Shown here in pieces: positions 27,566 to 36,941 of a stretch of 62,910 nt of DNA. A model generated the notes under the pieces. It saw nothing but the letters and a program-made list of their open reading frames with translations. It was not told the DNA's origin and made no database searches. Position numbers and translations under genes: made by a program. The DNA lies in the NCBI GenBank assembly GCA_041581335.1, contig JBFIDG010000001.1, forward strand, positions 1 to 62,910. Reading direction: 5' to 3'. The stretch is from Thermoplasmatota archaeon. GTDB taxonomy: Archaea > Thermoplasmatota > E2 > JACPAO01 > JAHFTW01. Numbering within the stretch: the first letter of the stretch is position 1; every line of letters begins with the position of its first letter.

Positions 27566-29851
27566 TCAATCGGTCGGGACCGCTTCGGGGATGCCTTGGG
27601 TCATGAGCCGTGCCCGTTGCAGCTGCAGGGGGGTGCCAAGCAGGATGAGGCGGTCTCCCGGTCGTAGGGGGAGCTCGTGCCGATAGGGGACGGGGTGGGA
27701 TTGGTTGCCGCTCCACAGGCCGACGACGAGGGTGCCGGTCTCTTCACGGATGCGCAGCTCCCCGAGCTTCTTCCCCACCCACGAAGACTCCGCGTGCAGC
27801 TCTTGCTCCTCCACGACCGCCGATTGGGTCTGGGCCGTCATGCGGATCGCGTCGCCATGTGCGACGACGAGGGCTTCGCCCCGGGCAAGTTGGTGCATGT
27901 CCCCCAGCATGACGAGGGTGTCTCCGGGACGGATGACGGTGTCTGGGCCGGGGTTGACGGTCTCCTTGCGCCCGCGCTGCAGCACGGCCACCGTCGCACC
28001 AGACATGGCCGAGATGCGGCATTCCCGCAGGCTACGGTTGGCGACAGGCGACCCGGGTGGCACGATGACCGCGGCGAACTTGACGCCCCACGGATACCGG
28101 TCCATGAGGCTGTCCAGGAGCTGGGCATGCGCGGGGTCGTGGCCCAGCACGCGGCCCAGGGTGGCCTCCAGGGCCTGATGGAAGCGGTTGAGCTGTCGCC
28201 AAGCGACGGCGGCGATGATGATAGCGATCGCGGCACCGGCTGCCAGGAACGGCGTGGTCTGCGGGAAGCGCAGGCTCAGCAGCAACAGCACCAGCACGAA
28301 ACCGATGGTCACGACGGCATCGACGAGGCGCTCGCGCACCTTGCCAGCGCCTTCACGCTCGCCTTCCTGCAAGCCGACGAGGCCCCAGACCAAGCGTCGA
28401 TACGACATGAACGCCGCGCGGACCATGGGAAGCGATAGGCCGGCGGCCAGGCCGAACCATATGGCGGTCGGAGGTACGGGCAGGCCCGTGAAGGTCGGGG
28501 TGACCATGGGCGCCAGCCAGGCGGCAAACAGGAACCATCCCGTGATGAGAAGAAGATTGACGGCAAGGAACCTGGCGTGTCCTTGCCACTCGCGTACGGC
28601 GCCACGGGCCTTGTTGCGCCCCCGCATGCCTTGGCCAAGCCAGACGGCGGGGCGGCGGATGGCCTTCGGGAGCTGCCAGAACTTGCGCTCCATGGCCGGG
28701 ATGCCCCGGGTCAGCAGCGCAGATGTGGGCAGCAAGACGACCATGGTACCGACCGCGACGGCACGCATCGCCGGGTGGGCGACGCCGTTGCTCTCGGCGA
28801 CAGCCACCAGGATCAGGCTGAACTCACCGATCGTCGCCAGCGCCACGGCGCTGCGCATGCCTCCGGTGAGGTTGAGCCCCCCGGCGATGCCGGCAGGCAG
28901 GTGGACGAGGGTCTTGCCGAATGCGAAGAGCGCCGCGACGGCCAGAACAAGAGGCCAGACGTGTAGGATGCCCAGGGCGTCGACGGCCAAGCCGCTGGCA
29001 AGGAAGAACACCGCTGCGGCAAGATCCCGCACGCCGGCCAATGTGTTGCGCACCACGTAACGGCTGCCGGCTTCTGCGGCCGCGACACCGGCGAGCAGGG
29101 CGCCCAGTTCAGGCGACCCGGCGAGGTACCCGAGGTAGCCTGCCAAGACGACCAGCCCGGTCGCCCACAGGGCAAGCACCTCGGGGACGTGGCGGCGTGC
29201 CACTTCGTCGAGGATGCGGGGGATGACGAACAACGCCCCCGCAGCGAGAAGGACGAGGAAGAACAGCAGCTTGCCGATGGCCGCCAAGGGGCCGAGCCAG
29301 CCACCGCCATCGCCGCCCAGGACAATGATCAACGCGATCAGCCCCGCGGCCGCCACGTCTTCGGAGACCAGCACTCCAAGCACCCTTTCGCGGGTCTTGC
29401 GGTCCACGCCGGGCAGGGACGTGAGGCGTTCGCCGAACAAGGTGCTGGAGATGGACATCGCCATCCCCATGGCCAGGGACTGGCTGAAACTCCAGCCCGC
29501 CAGGCGGACGGCGGCCGCGACGGCCAGACCCGGGAGCGCGATGTCGAACGGGATGCTCCACGCCGTCGCTCGGAGTGCCCGGCGCAGACGCTTCAGATCC
29601 AGCTCTAAGCCGATGAAGAAAAGCAGCGCCAAGACGCCCAGTTCGGCCAGGTTCTCGATCTCGTGGAGGGACAAGATCTCCGGGAAGGCGAACCCTGCGA
29701 TGAGGCCGGCCGCTAGGTAGCCCAGGGCGGGGGGGAGGCCCAATCGGACGGCCGCCATGCCTGCGGCTGCCATCAAAAGCAGCGCGAGCGCGACGGTCGC
29801 GAGGGGGGCCATCAACGGGCATAGTGTTGCCTGGGCTATCAGGGTGACCAT
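27566..29851 (-). CDS. CPA2-type cation:proton antiporter with extra TM region and two C-terminal RCK_C/TrkA-C domains
   Basis: Has about 12 TM Na/H-exchanger-like segments, additional TMs, then two soluble repeats (..LRECRISAMSGATVAVLQRG..IRPGDTLVMLG.. and ..LGELRIREETGTLVVGLW..LRPGDRLILLG..). Confidence 0.75.
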   Translation of the reverse strand: MVTLIAQATLCPLMAPLATVALALLLMAAAGMAAVRLGLPPALGYLAAGLIAGFAFPEILSLHEIENLAELGVLALLFFIGLELDLKRLRRALRATAWSIPFDIALPGLAVAAAVRLAGWSFSQSLAMGMAMSISSTLFGERLTSLPGVDRKTRERVLGVLVSEDVAAAGLIALIIVLGGDGGGWLGPLAAIGKLLFFLVLLAAGALFVIPRILDEVARRHVPEVLALWATGLVVLAGYLGYLAGSPELGALLAGVAAAEAGSRYVVRNTLAGVRDLAAAVFFLASGLAVDALGILHVWPLVLAVAALFAFGKTLVHLPAGIAGGLNLTGGMRSAVALATIGEFSLILVAVAESNGVAHPAMRAVAVGTMVVLLPTSALLTRGIPAMERKFWQLPKAIRRPAVWLGQGMRGRNKARGAVREWQGHARFLAVNLLLITGWFLFAAWLAPMVTPTFTGLPVPPTAIWFGLAAGLSLPMVRAAFMSYRRLVWGLVGLQEGEREGAGKVRERLVDAVVTIGFVLVLLLLSLRFPQTTPFLAAGAAIAIIIAAVAWRQLNRFHQALEATLGRVLGHDPAHAQLLDSLMDRYPWGVKFAAVIVPPGSPVANRSLRECRISAMSGATVAVLQRGRKETVNPGPDTVIRPGDTLVMLGDMHQLARGEALVVAHGDAIRMTAQTQSAVVEEQELHAESSWVGKKLGELRIREETGTLVVGLWSGNQSHPVPYRHELPLRPGDRLILLGTPLQLQRARLMTQGIPEAVPTD

Positions 29852-29890
29852 TGATGCGAGGGTTCAGGTTGTCCAACACATGGCGGCGGT

Positions 29891-31147
29891 GTGGCCCCGC
29901 TGCCGAAGTGGCATCGTGCATACACGCTGTTCCGCGTCGCCGATGGGGCCACCGCTGCGCTCATCCCGTTGATGGCCGTGACGGCGTACGGGCTCCCCGC
30001 ATGGGGCGCCGCCATGGTGGTCGTCGCCATGAACCTTGCAGGCGTCCCGGCCAGCTACATGTGGGGGACGCTCATGGAAAGCGGGCGTGGTCGGCGGCGG
30101 CTTGCCACGACAGGTTTCGCCGTCGCGGGCACCGCCCTCGTGGGGCTGGCATTCCTGCCGCCCTGGCCGTTGTACTTGCTCGGCGCGGCGGCCTTCACCG
30201 CCTTCGGAGGGGCCACGGCCTCGGCGGCAGGCCGCTTGATCTTGGAAGGTCAGGGCCGGTCCGATTGGGGCGCCATGACCTCCAGACTCAACCTCGTCAT
30301 GTCCAGCGCCTACATGGTCGGGCTGATGGCCGTCATCATCTGGTCGTTCGCCGGCACCTTGGCCCCCCTCGGGGTCTTCCTCGGCGCGGCCGTGCTGTGC
30401 GTGGCCGCGGCCCTCGTGGCCTGGAAGACGATCCGACCCTTCGTGCCGGTCCACGTGTCCGATTGGGACCCCAAACCGCAGGAACAGATGCGTCTCGAAC
30501 GCCCGGTGTGGTTGCCGCAACGGCTGCGCGTCCGCCTACGCTGGCCCAGGACGGCCGGGCCGCACCGCAAACTGGCGCTCGGGGTCGCCATCACGTTCCT
30601 CGGCACGACCGCCTTCAACAGCTCCTTCTCCGGCGTCCTTGCCGCCGACCTGCACCTGTCCGTCGCGCTCGTATTGCTCGCACAGGTCCCCTCGCATCTG
30701 ACCATCCCCATCGGTTTCCGGATGACGCTGCCGATGCTGCGCAGCCACGGCGAACAACGGGTCGCCCGCATCGGCCTCGTCACTCGCCTGCTCACAGTCC
30801 CCGCGATGGCCGTGACGATCTTGTGGTGGCACCCGAACCTCTACTGGTTCCTGCTATCGCTGGGCGCCGTCATGGGCTTGACCTTCGCCATGGTGCAGGC
30901 CACCGTGCCTTGCATCCTCGCCGCGGCGCACCCTCGGTCGACGGGCCGCGGCCTCGGGGCATATCATGGCGCCGTGGCGCTCGGGGTGCTGACCGGCTCG
31001 GGCGTCGTGGCCATCGTCCTGCGCGTCGCGCCATTGGCCTGGTCGTACGCTTTGTCGGTCGCAGGGATGGCCATCGGCACCGGTATCATCCTGTCGGCGC
31101 TGGGCACCGCGGACCGGCTCGCGCTACCTTCGGGGACCAGTTCGTAG
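29891..31147 (+). CDS. MFS-type transporter
   Basis: 418-aa protein with about 12 TM segments and an Arg-rich loop (SGRGRRRL) after TM2. GTG start. Confidence 0.6.
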   Translation: MAPLPKWHRAYTLFRVADGATAALIPLMAVTAYGLPAWGAAMVVVAMNLAGVPASYMWGTLMESGRGRRRLATTGFAVAGTALVGLAFLPPWPLYLLGAAAFTAFGGATASAAGRLILEGQGRSDWGAMTSRLNLVMSSAYMVGLMAVIIWSFAGTLAPLGVFLGAAVLCVAAALVAWKTIRPFVPVHVSDWDPKPQEQMRLERPVWLPQRLRVRLRWPRTAGPHRKLALGVAITFLGTTAFNSSFSGVLAADLHLSVALVLLAQVPSHLTIPIGFRMTLPMLRSHGEQRVARIGLVTRLLTVPAMAVTILWWHPNLYWFLLSLGAVMGLTFAMVQATVPCILAAAHPRSTGRGLGAYHGAVALGVLTGSGVVAIVLRVAPLAWSYALSVAGMAIGTGIILSALGTADRLALPSGTSS

Positions 31148-31158
31148 CCGTCGCAGCA

Positions 31159-31800
31159 TCACGATTCGGGTTGTTCGACGATCACGACGACCATGCCTTC
31201 GTGGCAGCGCACACGGGCGCCATCCTGCATGATCTGATTGCTCAGGCCGCGGCCGGTCAGGTGGCCCAGCTTCGTCTCCACGGCCTCCCACTTCGTGCCG
31301 GCGATGCTGACGATCGCGTCGCCGTCCACGGGCAGGATGTTGAGCATAGAATGGGTGCGGCCGGCGAGGTTCAGTTCTCCGCCGGGGCTGAGGAAGCGGA
31401 TGGACTCACCCTTGCCGATCATGACCGCGTCGATGCCGCGCTCATGGCACGAGCGCAGCAGTTTCAGGTTGCCAAGGAACATCGACATGCGTCCACCGTG
31501 GCCGCCGAGGATCATGATGCGCGTGGCGCCCATCTGCAAAGCGCGCTCCAAAGCGAGTTCGCCATCGGTCTCGTCCTTCTGGATCGGGTGGCGTTCGATC
31601 GGGATGTCCAACGCGTCGGCCCACTTGAAGTCGTCCGGCGAGAGTGAATCGAGGTCGCCGACGATGACATCCGGCGGGCGTTCCGCTTTGAGCAGCCCGT
31701 GGGCGCCGCCATCGGACGCGACCACCTTGGCGCAAGCATCGAGGAGCTTCAGATCATGGGGGGTCGGAGGGTCGCCCCCCAGCACAAGGCCGATGCGCAC
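31159..31800 (-). CDS. Thiamine diphosphokinase
   Basis: TPK blocks: VVASDGGA, VIVGDLDS, P.QKDETDGELAL, ILGGHGGR. The C-terminus is thiamine-binding-like. Confidence 0.7.
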   Translation of the reverse strand: MRIGLVLGGDPPTPHDLKLLDACAKVVASDGGAHGLLKAERPPDVIVGDLDSLSPDDFKWADALDIPIERHPIQKDETDGELALERALQMGATRIMILGGHGGRMSMFLGNLKLLRSCHERGIDAVMIGKGESIRFLSPGGELNLAGRTHSMLNILPVDGDAIVSIAGTKWEAVETKLGHLTGRGLSNQIMQDGARVRCHEGMVVVIVEQPES

Positions 31801-32061
31801 AATCCCAGATGCCGGACACGGACGCTTAAGGCAAGCTGGGCAACGCTGATGAAGGAGATGCTTTCGCGGCGGCGTCCGCAGCGGCGCTCATACCCCCGTC
31901 GAGGACATGGTCTGGGGGGTGCCTCCATGGGCAGCGCTCGCGCGCGGCACCCGCCGCCTCGGCCCAGGTGTCGCGAGGTCCAGGGTGCGTGGCGCCAAGG
32001 GGGTGGGGCCGACGATGCGGGCGGCACTGCTTATCAGGGTCTCGGGGGTCGCCGGCTTGTT

Positions 32062-34008
32062 ATGAAGCTCCTGCTTCTCCACTCCGACTTCATCGAATAC
32101 GAGGCCACCAAGAAGGCACTCAAGACGGCGCCGGAGCTGAGCGACGACGAAAAGACCGGCCGTCTCGAAGACGCATTGGCCGTCTTCATCACGGTCGAAT
32201 CGATCGACGAAGAAGACCTCCCGGCCGCGGTCCGCAAGGCCGCCAAGGAGATCCGCGACGTCGCCAAGCAGATCAACGTCGACAAGGTGATGCTGTACCC
32301 GTACGCACACCTGAGCCACGACCTGGCCAAGCCGAGCGTCGGCGCCAAGGCGTTGCCGTTGCTGCAGGAGGAGATCGCCGGCGACTTCGCCGAGGTCAAG
32401 CGCAGCCCCTTCGGCTGGTACAAGGGCTTCAACATCAAGGTCAAGGGCCACCCGTTGGCCGAGCTGAGTCGCCACGTGACGCCGGGAGGTGAGGAAGAAG
32501 CCGCCGAGGGTGATGCCAAGGACGGCGACGCCAACGAGTCAGAGGCACTGAAGGCCGAGAAGGGCCTGAAGTCCGCCTGGTACATCCTCAGCCCGGACGG
32601 CGAGTTGACGGCGGCCGACGAGTTCAATTTCAAGGGCCACGCGGAGCTGAAGCAGTTCTACGAGTACGAGGCCAAGGGCAGCCGCAGCGGCGGCAAGGAG
32701 CCGGCCCACATCCAGCTCATGCAGAACATGGAGTTGGTGGACTACGAGCCCGGCTCGGACACCGGCAACATGCGCTGGTTCCCCAAGGGCCAACTCATCA
32801 AGCGCCTGCTGGAGGCCAAGATCAACCGCGTCTCCCAGGAGTCCGGCGCCATGCAGATCGAGACGCCGATCATGTACGACGTCAACCACCCGGCGCTCAA
32901 CAAGTACCTGCAGAAGTTCCCTGCCCGGCAGTACCGGGTCAAGTCCGACGACAAGGAACTGTTCCTGCGCTTCGCCGCCTGCTTCGGCATGTATCTGACC
33001 ATGGGCCGCAGTGTCCTGAGCTACCGCCACCTGCCGGCACGCATCTACGAACTCACGCACTACTCGTTCAGGCGTGAACAGAGCGGCGAGACGTCCGGCA
33101 TCAAGCGCCTGCGCTGCTTCACCATGCCCGACATGCACACGCTCGTCGCGGACATCCACCAGGCCCGTGAGGAGTTCGGTCGCCAGTTCATGACCAGCAA
33201 GCGCTGGATGGACGGCCTCGAAGTGCCCTTCCAGACCGCCATCCGTTTCGTACGCGGCTTCTACGAGGAGAACAAGGAGTTCGCGGCAGGACTCGCGCAG
33301 ATGGTCGGCGGCCCCGTCTTGATCGAGATGTGGGAAGACCAGAGCTTCTACTTCGTCACCAAGTTCGAGTTCAACGTGAACGACACCAGCGGCAAGGCGT
33401 TCGCCTTGTCCACTGTGCAGATCGACACGCAGAACCCGCAGCACTTCGGCATCACCTACGCCGGTGAAGACGGCAAGGAGCACACCCCGCTCCTGCTGCA
33501 CACCAGCGTCAGTGGCGCCATCGACCGCAACGTCGCCGCCATCCTCGAATCCGAGGCCATGAAGCGCGACCGCGGCGAGAAGCCCGCCCTGCCGTTCTGG
33601 CTCAGTCCGACGCAGGTGCGTTTCCTGCCCGTCAGTGACGAGTTCACCGACGCCGCGCTGGAACTCGCCGCTGCCGTGAATGAGATGGGCGGCCGCGCCG
33701 ACGTCGATGACGCTTCCGCAGGCATCGGCAAGAAGATCCGCAATGCCGAGAAGGAGTGGGTCCCGATCATCGCCGTCGTCGGCGAACAAGAGGTCGCGAG
33801 CAACGTCTACAACCTGCGCCTGCGCAAGGGGGACTACCTGGAACGCGCCGGCATCACGCTGGACACCGACGATGGTCAGAGCCTCGGCAGTTACAGCTGC
33901 CCGTGGTCGACCATCATCCAGCTCGTCGAAGCCAACATCGGCGACGAACCCCGCGCCCCGTTGCCGCTTCCTGTGCGCCTGACCGAACGCCCGATCTTCC
34001 GCGGGTGA
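32062..34008 (+). CDS. thrS: Threonine--tRNA ligase, archaeal type with N-terminal editing domain
   Basis: MKLLLLHSDFIEYEA is the archaeal ThrRS editing-domain N-terminus. Class II core motifs are present (FLRFAACFG, RLRCFTMPDMH, QIDTQNP) plus a C-terminal anticodon-binding domain. The upstream part of ORF 31699.. is not protein-like. Confidence 0.9.
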   Translation: MKLLLLHSDFIEYEATKKALKTAPELSDDEKTGRLEDALAVFITVESIDEEDLPAAVRKAAKEIRDVAKQINVDKVMLYPYAHLSHDLAKPSVGAKALPLLQEEIAGDFAEVKRSPFGWYKGFNIKVKGHPLAELSRHVTPGGEEEAAEGDAKDGDANESEALKAEKGLKSAWYILSPDGELTAADEFNFKGHAELKQFYEYEAKGSRSGGKEPAHIQLMQNMELVDYEPGSDTGNMRWFPKGQLIKRLLEAKINRVSQESGAMQIETPIMYDVNHPALNKYLQKFPARQYRVKSDDKELFLRFAACFGMYLTMGRSVLSYRHLPARIYELTHYSFRREQSGETSGIKRLRCFTMPDMHTLVADIHQAREEFGRQFMTSKRWMDGLEVPFQTAIRFVRGFYEENKEFAAGLAQMVGGPVLIEMWEDQSFYFVTKFEFNVNDTSGKAFALSTVQIDTQNPQHFGITYAGEDGKEHTPLLLHTSVSGAIDRNVAAILESEAMKRDRGEKPALPFWLSPTQVRFLPVSDEFTDAALELAAAVNEMGGRADVDDASAGIGKKIRNAEKEWVPIIAVVGEQEVASNVYNLRLRKGDYLERAGITLDTDDGQSLGSYSCPWSTIIQLVEANIGDEPRAPLPLPVRLTERPIFRG

Positions 34009-34014
34009 ACGAGT

Positions 34015-35076
34015 TTGGCGTGGGCCACCAGGTTATGGTTGCCCGTCGTCGTGCTTGCAGCATTGCTGGTATTCCCGACGTGGTTCACGGTCGCGTGGTC
34101 CGACGCCAGTCCTGCGGGTGAGCCGGACCTCATCGTACACGGGCAGGTCGTAGCCGAAAGGGCGGAAGGGGATCCTGGCCGCAACCCTGCCGCCCGCATC
34201 GTCTCGTTCCGCGTCGATGCAGTGATGCTGGGTGAAGCCGAGCTGAAGCGCATCATCGAGATCCGCACCGAGCCGGCGCTGCCCGGGGACAGCCGTCTAC
34301 AGCCAGGCAACACGCTCGACATCGCGGTGCGCACGTACCAAGGTGCCGAGGCGGATGGTGGGGGGCCTGCGCAGCAGTACCAGGTCGAGGACGTCCGCCA
34401 GGGCTGCTGCTGGGCGTCCGGTGCCGACCACATGACGGCCTTATGGCCGGCGTGGGTCGTCGCGGTGGCCTGGAGCATCATCTCCTCCATGTGGCTCTGG
34501 ACGCGGTCATGGTACGCTTGGGCCTCCGTTGCCTTCGTGCTGGGGGCCGTGGTCGGCGCCATCGCCCTCGGTGCCGGCGGTGACCGGCTGGCGTCCATGG
34601 CGTCTGATGGTGAAGGGAACTTCACGTTCACGCCGATGGCGTGGGCCCTGATCGGGGCAGCCGTGGCCAGCGCACTGACGGTGGCGATCGCGTCGTGGTG
34701 GCGCCCCTTGGGGACGCCTGCCGCGCTCGGCGTGACCGTGGGATCCTGGCTGGTCGGCTGGCAGCACCAAGGGGCCGTGATGGAGGATCCGTGGTTCGCC
34801 TTCGCCCCCGTCGTCGCGGCCGCTTTGTGGTTCCCCTGGCGGGGTGTCTTGTGGCGGCGCGCGTTGTCGCTTGTCTGGGTCGCGGCGCTGGTTTCTGCAG
34901 GCATCGCCTCCTACGGTTGGGGGAGCTTCGACCCCAAGGGCGTCTGGGTCGCATCGATGTTCCTGGTCGTCCCGTTGCTGCTGTTCGCCGGCGACGTGAT
35001 TGTGGCCTGGCGCCCCGAGCGACCCAAGGGGATGCCTCAGGACGCCCCCGTGCAAGCCCCCGCAGGCGAGCCATAA
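34015..35076 (+). CDS. Trp-rich polytopic membrane protein, unknown function
   Basis: 353-aa ORF with an N-terminal TM or signal, a ~120-aa soluble segment, then several Trp-rich TM helices. Confidence 0.5.
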   Translation: MAWATRLWLPVVVLAALLVFPTWFTVAWSDASPAGEPDLIVHGQVVAERAEGDPGRNPAARIVSFRVDAVMLGEAELKRIIEIRTEPALPGDSRLQPGNTLDIAVRTYQGAEADGGGPAQQYQVEDVRQGCCWASGADHMTALWPAWVVAVAWSIISSMWLWTRSWYAWASVAFVLGAVVGAIALGAGGDRLASMASDGEGNFTFTPMAWALIGAAVASALTVAIASWWRPLGTPAALGVTVGSWLVGWQHQGAVMEDPWFAFAPVVAAALWFPWRGVLWRRALSLVWVAALVSAGIASYGWGSFDPKGVWVASMFLVVPLLLFAGDVIVAWRPERPKGMPQDAPVQAPAGEP

Positions 35077-35139
35077 GGTTGGACCCGTAGTTCAACCCCG
35101 GAACGGAAGGGGTATCCTCGTCGGCGCGTCGTACCGTGC

Positions 35140-35556
35140 ATGGCTGAAGCCTTCTCTGCGCGTGTCCAATCGACCTTCGAACCGTTCGTCCCCAAATTCC
35201 ACTGGGTGCTGCGCCTTGCCCTCGCCTCGATCTTCATCTACCACGGGATGGAGAAGCTGCGCGGCGGCACGCCCCCTGCCGAGATGCTCGACATGATGTT
35301 CTTCGGCAGCGCCGGCCTGTTCTGGCTCGTCGCCGTCGGTGAGGTCGTCGCAGGTGTCGCGATCCTCGCTGGCGGCTTCAAGTTCAACAACGCTGACCTG
35401 GTGACGCGCTTTGCGGGCGCCACCATCTTCGTCATCATGGCCGGCGCCGCACTGACCGTCCACCTGCCCACCTGGCACTTCATGCAAGGTGGCGCCGAGT
35501 TCCAGGTGCTGACCGCGGCCCTCGGTCTGTGGTTCGTCGTCCGCGGCAACGCGTAG
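35140..35556 (+). CDS. DoxX family membrane protein
   Basis: 138 aa with 4 TM segments. The LRLALASIFIYHGMEKL motif is typical of DoxX. Confidence 0.7.
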   Translation: MAEAFSARVQSTFEPFVPKFHWVLRLALASIFIYHGMEKLRGGTPPAEMLDMMFFGSAGLFWLVAVGEVVAGVAILAGGFKFNNADLVTRFAGATIFVIMAGAALTVHLPTWHFMQGGAEFQVLTAALGLWFVVRGNA

Positions 35557-35594
35557 GCCGAGGCCATACCACCGCCTCGGCCCCACCTGTTTTT
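35556..35594 (+). terminator. Hairpin plus T5 run after doxX (terminator-like), with an alternative pairing partner downstream
   Basis: A 9-bp stem pairs GGCCGAGGC (35556-35564) with GCCTCGGCC (35574-35582), followed by TTTTT (35590-35594). A second GGCCGAGGC at 35595-35603 could pair with the same 3' arm. Confidence 0.4.
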
Positions 35595-35617
35595 GGCCGA
35601 GGCGGGGTTCTGGCGTC

Positions 35618-36901
35618 GTGGAAGCCGTCGACCTGACCCCGGGGCCCGCCCCGCAACTGCCCATGGAGGCCTTCGCCAAGCGGCGCGAGCGCGTCGCCGC
35701 TGCCATGGAAGACGGCGATGTCCTCGTGGTGGCGACGAACCCCGAGACGGTCTACTCCAACGACGTCCACCACCCCTTCCGGCCACACAGCGACTTCTGG
35801 TACCTGACAGGGTTCAACGAACCCGGCGCGATCTTGACCCTGGGCAGCGACGGCCGTACCGATCTATGGATGCGGCCCCGCGAACCGGCTGCAGAGGTCT
35901 GGAACGGTCGCCGGCTTGGCCTAGAACGGGCCGAGCTGTTGGGCATCGAGAACGCCCACGACGTCAAGGACACCGATGGCCTACACCATCGCCTGAACGG
36001 AGCCCACGTCCTGTCGCGCACCGAACACCACCCCGAGGCCCGCGAGGCGCTGCTCAAGTACACCAAAGAAGACGCCACGCAGCTCTTGGCTGGCTTCCGC
36101 ATGATCAAGGACTCCGACGAGGTCGCGTTGTTGCAGAAGGCCGCCGACATCGGCATGGACGCCATGCGCGCGGCGCTCCCGCTTGCCAAGCCGGGCCGCC
36201 GTGAATATGAGGTGGAGGCCGAACTGGTGCGGCACTACCGCATGGCCGGGAGCACCGGACCCGGGTACCCGCCCATCGTCGGAACCGGGGCCAACGCCGC
36301 CATCCTGCATTACGTCGAGAACCGGGCCACCATCGGTGCCGATCACCTAGTGCTCGTGGACGCCGGCTGCGAATGGGGCTACTACAATTCCGACATCACC
36401 CGCACCGTGCCGGCGGCGGGCACCTTCGACAGACTGCAAGGAGAGTTGTATGAGATCGTATGGAACGCGCAGCAGGCAGCCATCGCCAAGGTCGTCCCGG
36501 GCGGCCTGTTCAAGGACCCCCATGACGCCGCCGTGGAGACCCTGGTCGACGGCCTGGTCGACCTCGGGTTCCTGCAGGGCGACAAGGACGCCCTCATCCA
36601 GGACCAGAAGCACCGCCCGTTCTACATGCACGGGACCAGCCATTTCCTCGGCCTCGACGTGCACGACGCCGGGGCCTACCGGGATAGCGAAGGCAACAGC
36701 CTGAAGCTGCAAGAAGGCATGTGCTTGACCGTCGAACCGGGGCTCTACTTCAACCCGGATTTCGCCAAGTGCCCGCCGCAGGCCGTCGGCATCGGCATCC
36801 GTATCGAGAACGACGTCGTCGTCACCCGCGACGGGCACCGCGACCTGAACGCCGGCCTCGCCACATCGCCCGATGACGTGCTTTCGTTGTTGTCGGCTTA
36901 A
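35618..36901 (+). CDS. Xaa-Pro aminopeptidase (M24B, PepP-like)
   Basis: AMP_N block HPFRPHSDFWYLTGFNEP. M24 metal ligands appear in context (VLVDAGCEWGYYNSDITRT, HGTSHFLGLDVHD, LTVEPG, IRIEND). Start is GTG 35618 or ATG 35663. Confidence 0.85.
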   Translation: MEAVDLTPGPAPQLPMEAFAKRRERVAAAMEDGDVLVVATNPETVYSNDVHHPFRPHSDFWYLTGFNEPGAILTLGSDGRTDLWMRPREPAAEVWNGRRLGLERAELLGIENAHDVKDTDGLHHRLNGAHVLSRTEHHPEAREALLKYTKEDATQLLAGFRMIKDSDEVALLQKAADIGMDAMRAALPLAKPGRREYEVEAELVRHYRMAGSTGPGYPPIVGTGANAAILHYVENRATIGADHLVLVDAGCEWGYYNSDITRTVPAAGTFDRLQGELYEIVWNAQQAAIAKVVPGGLFKDPHDAAVETLVDGLVDLGFLQGDKDALIQDQKHRPFYMHGTSHFLGLDVHDAGAYRDSEGNSLKLQEGMCLTVEPGLYFNPDFAKCPPQAVGIGIRIENDVVVTRDGHRDLNAGLATSPDDVLSLLSA

Positions 36902-36941
36902 GGCGGCAAGGCTTTTTGTCCCGCAGCGCCACCTCATCCTG

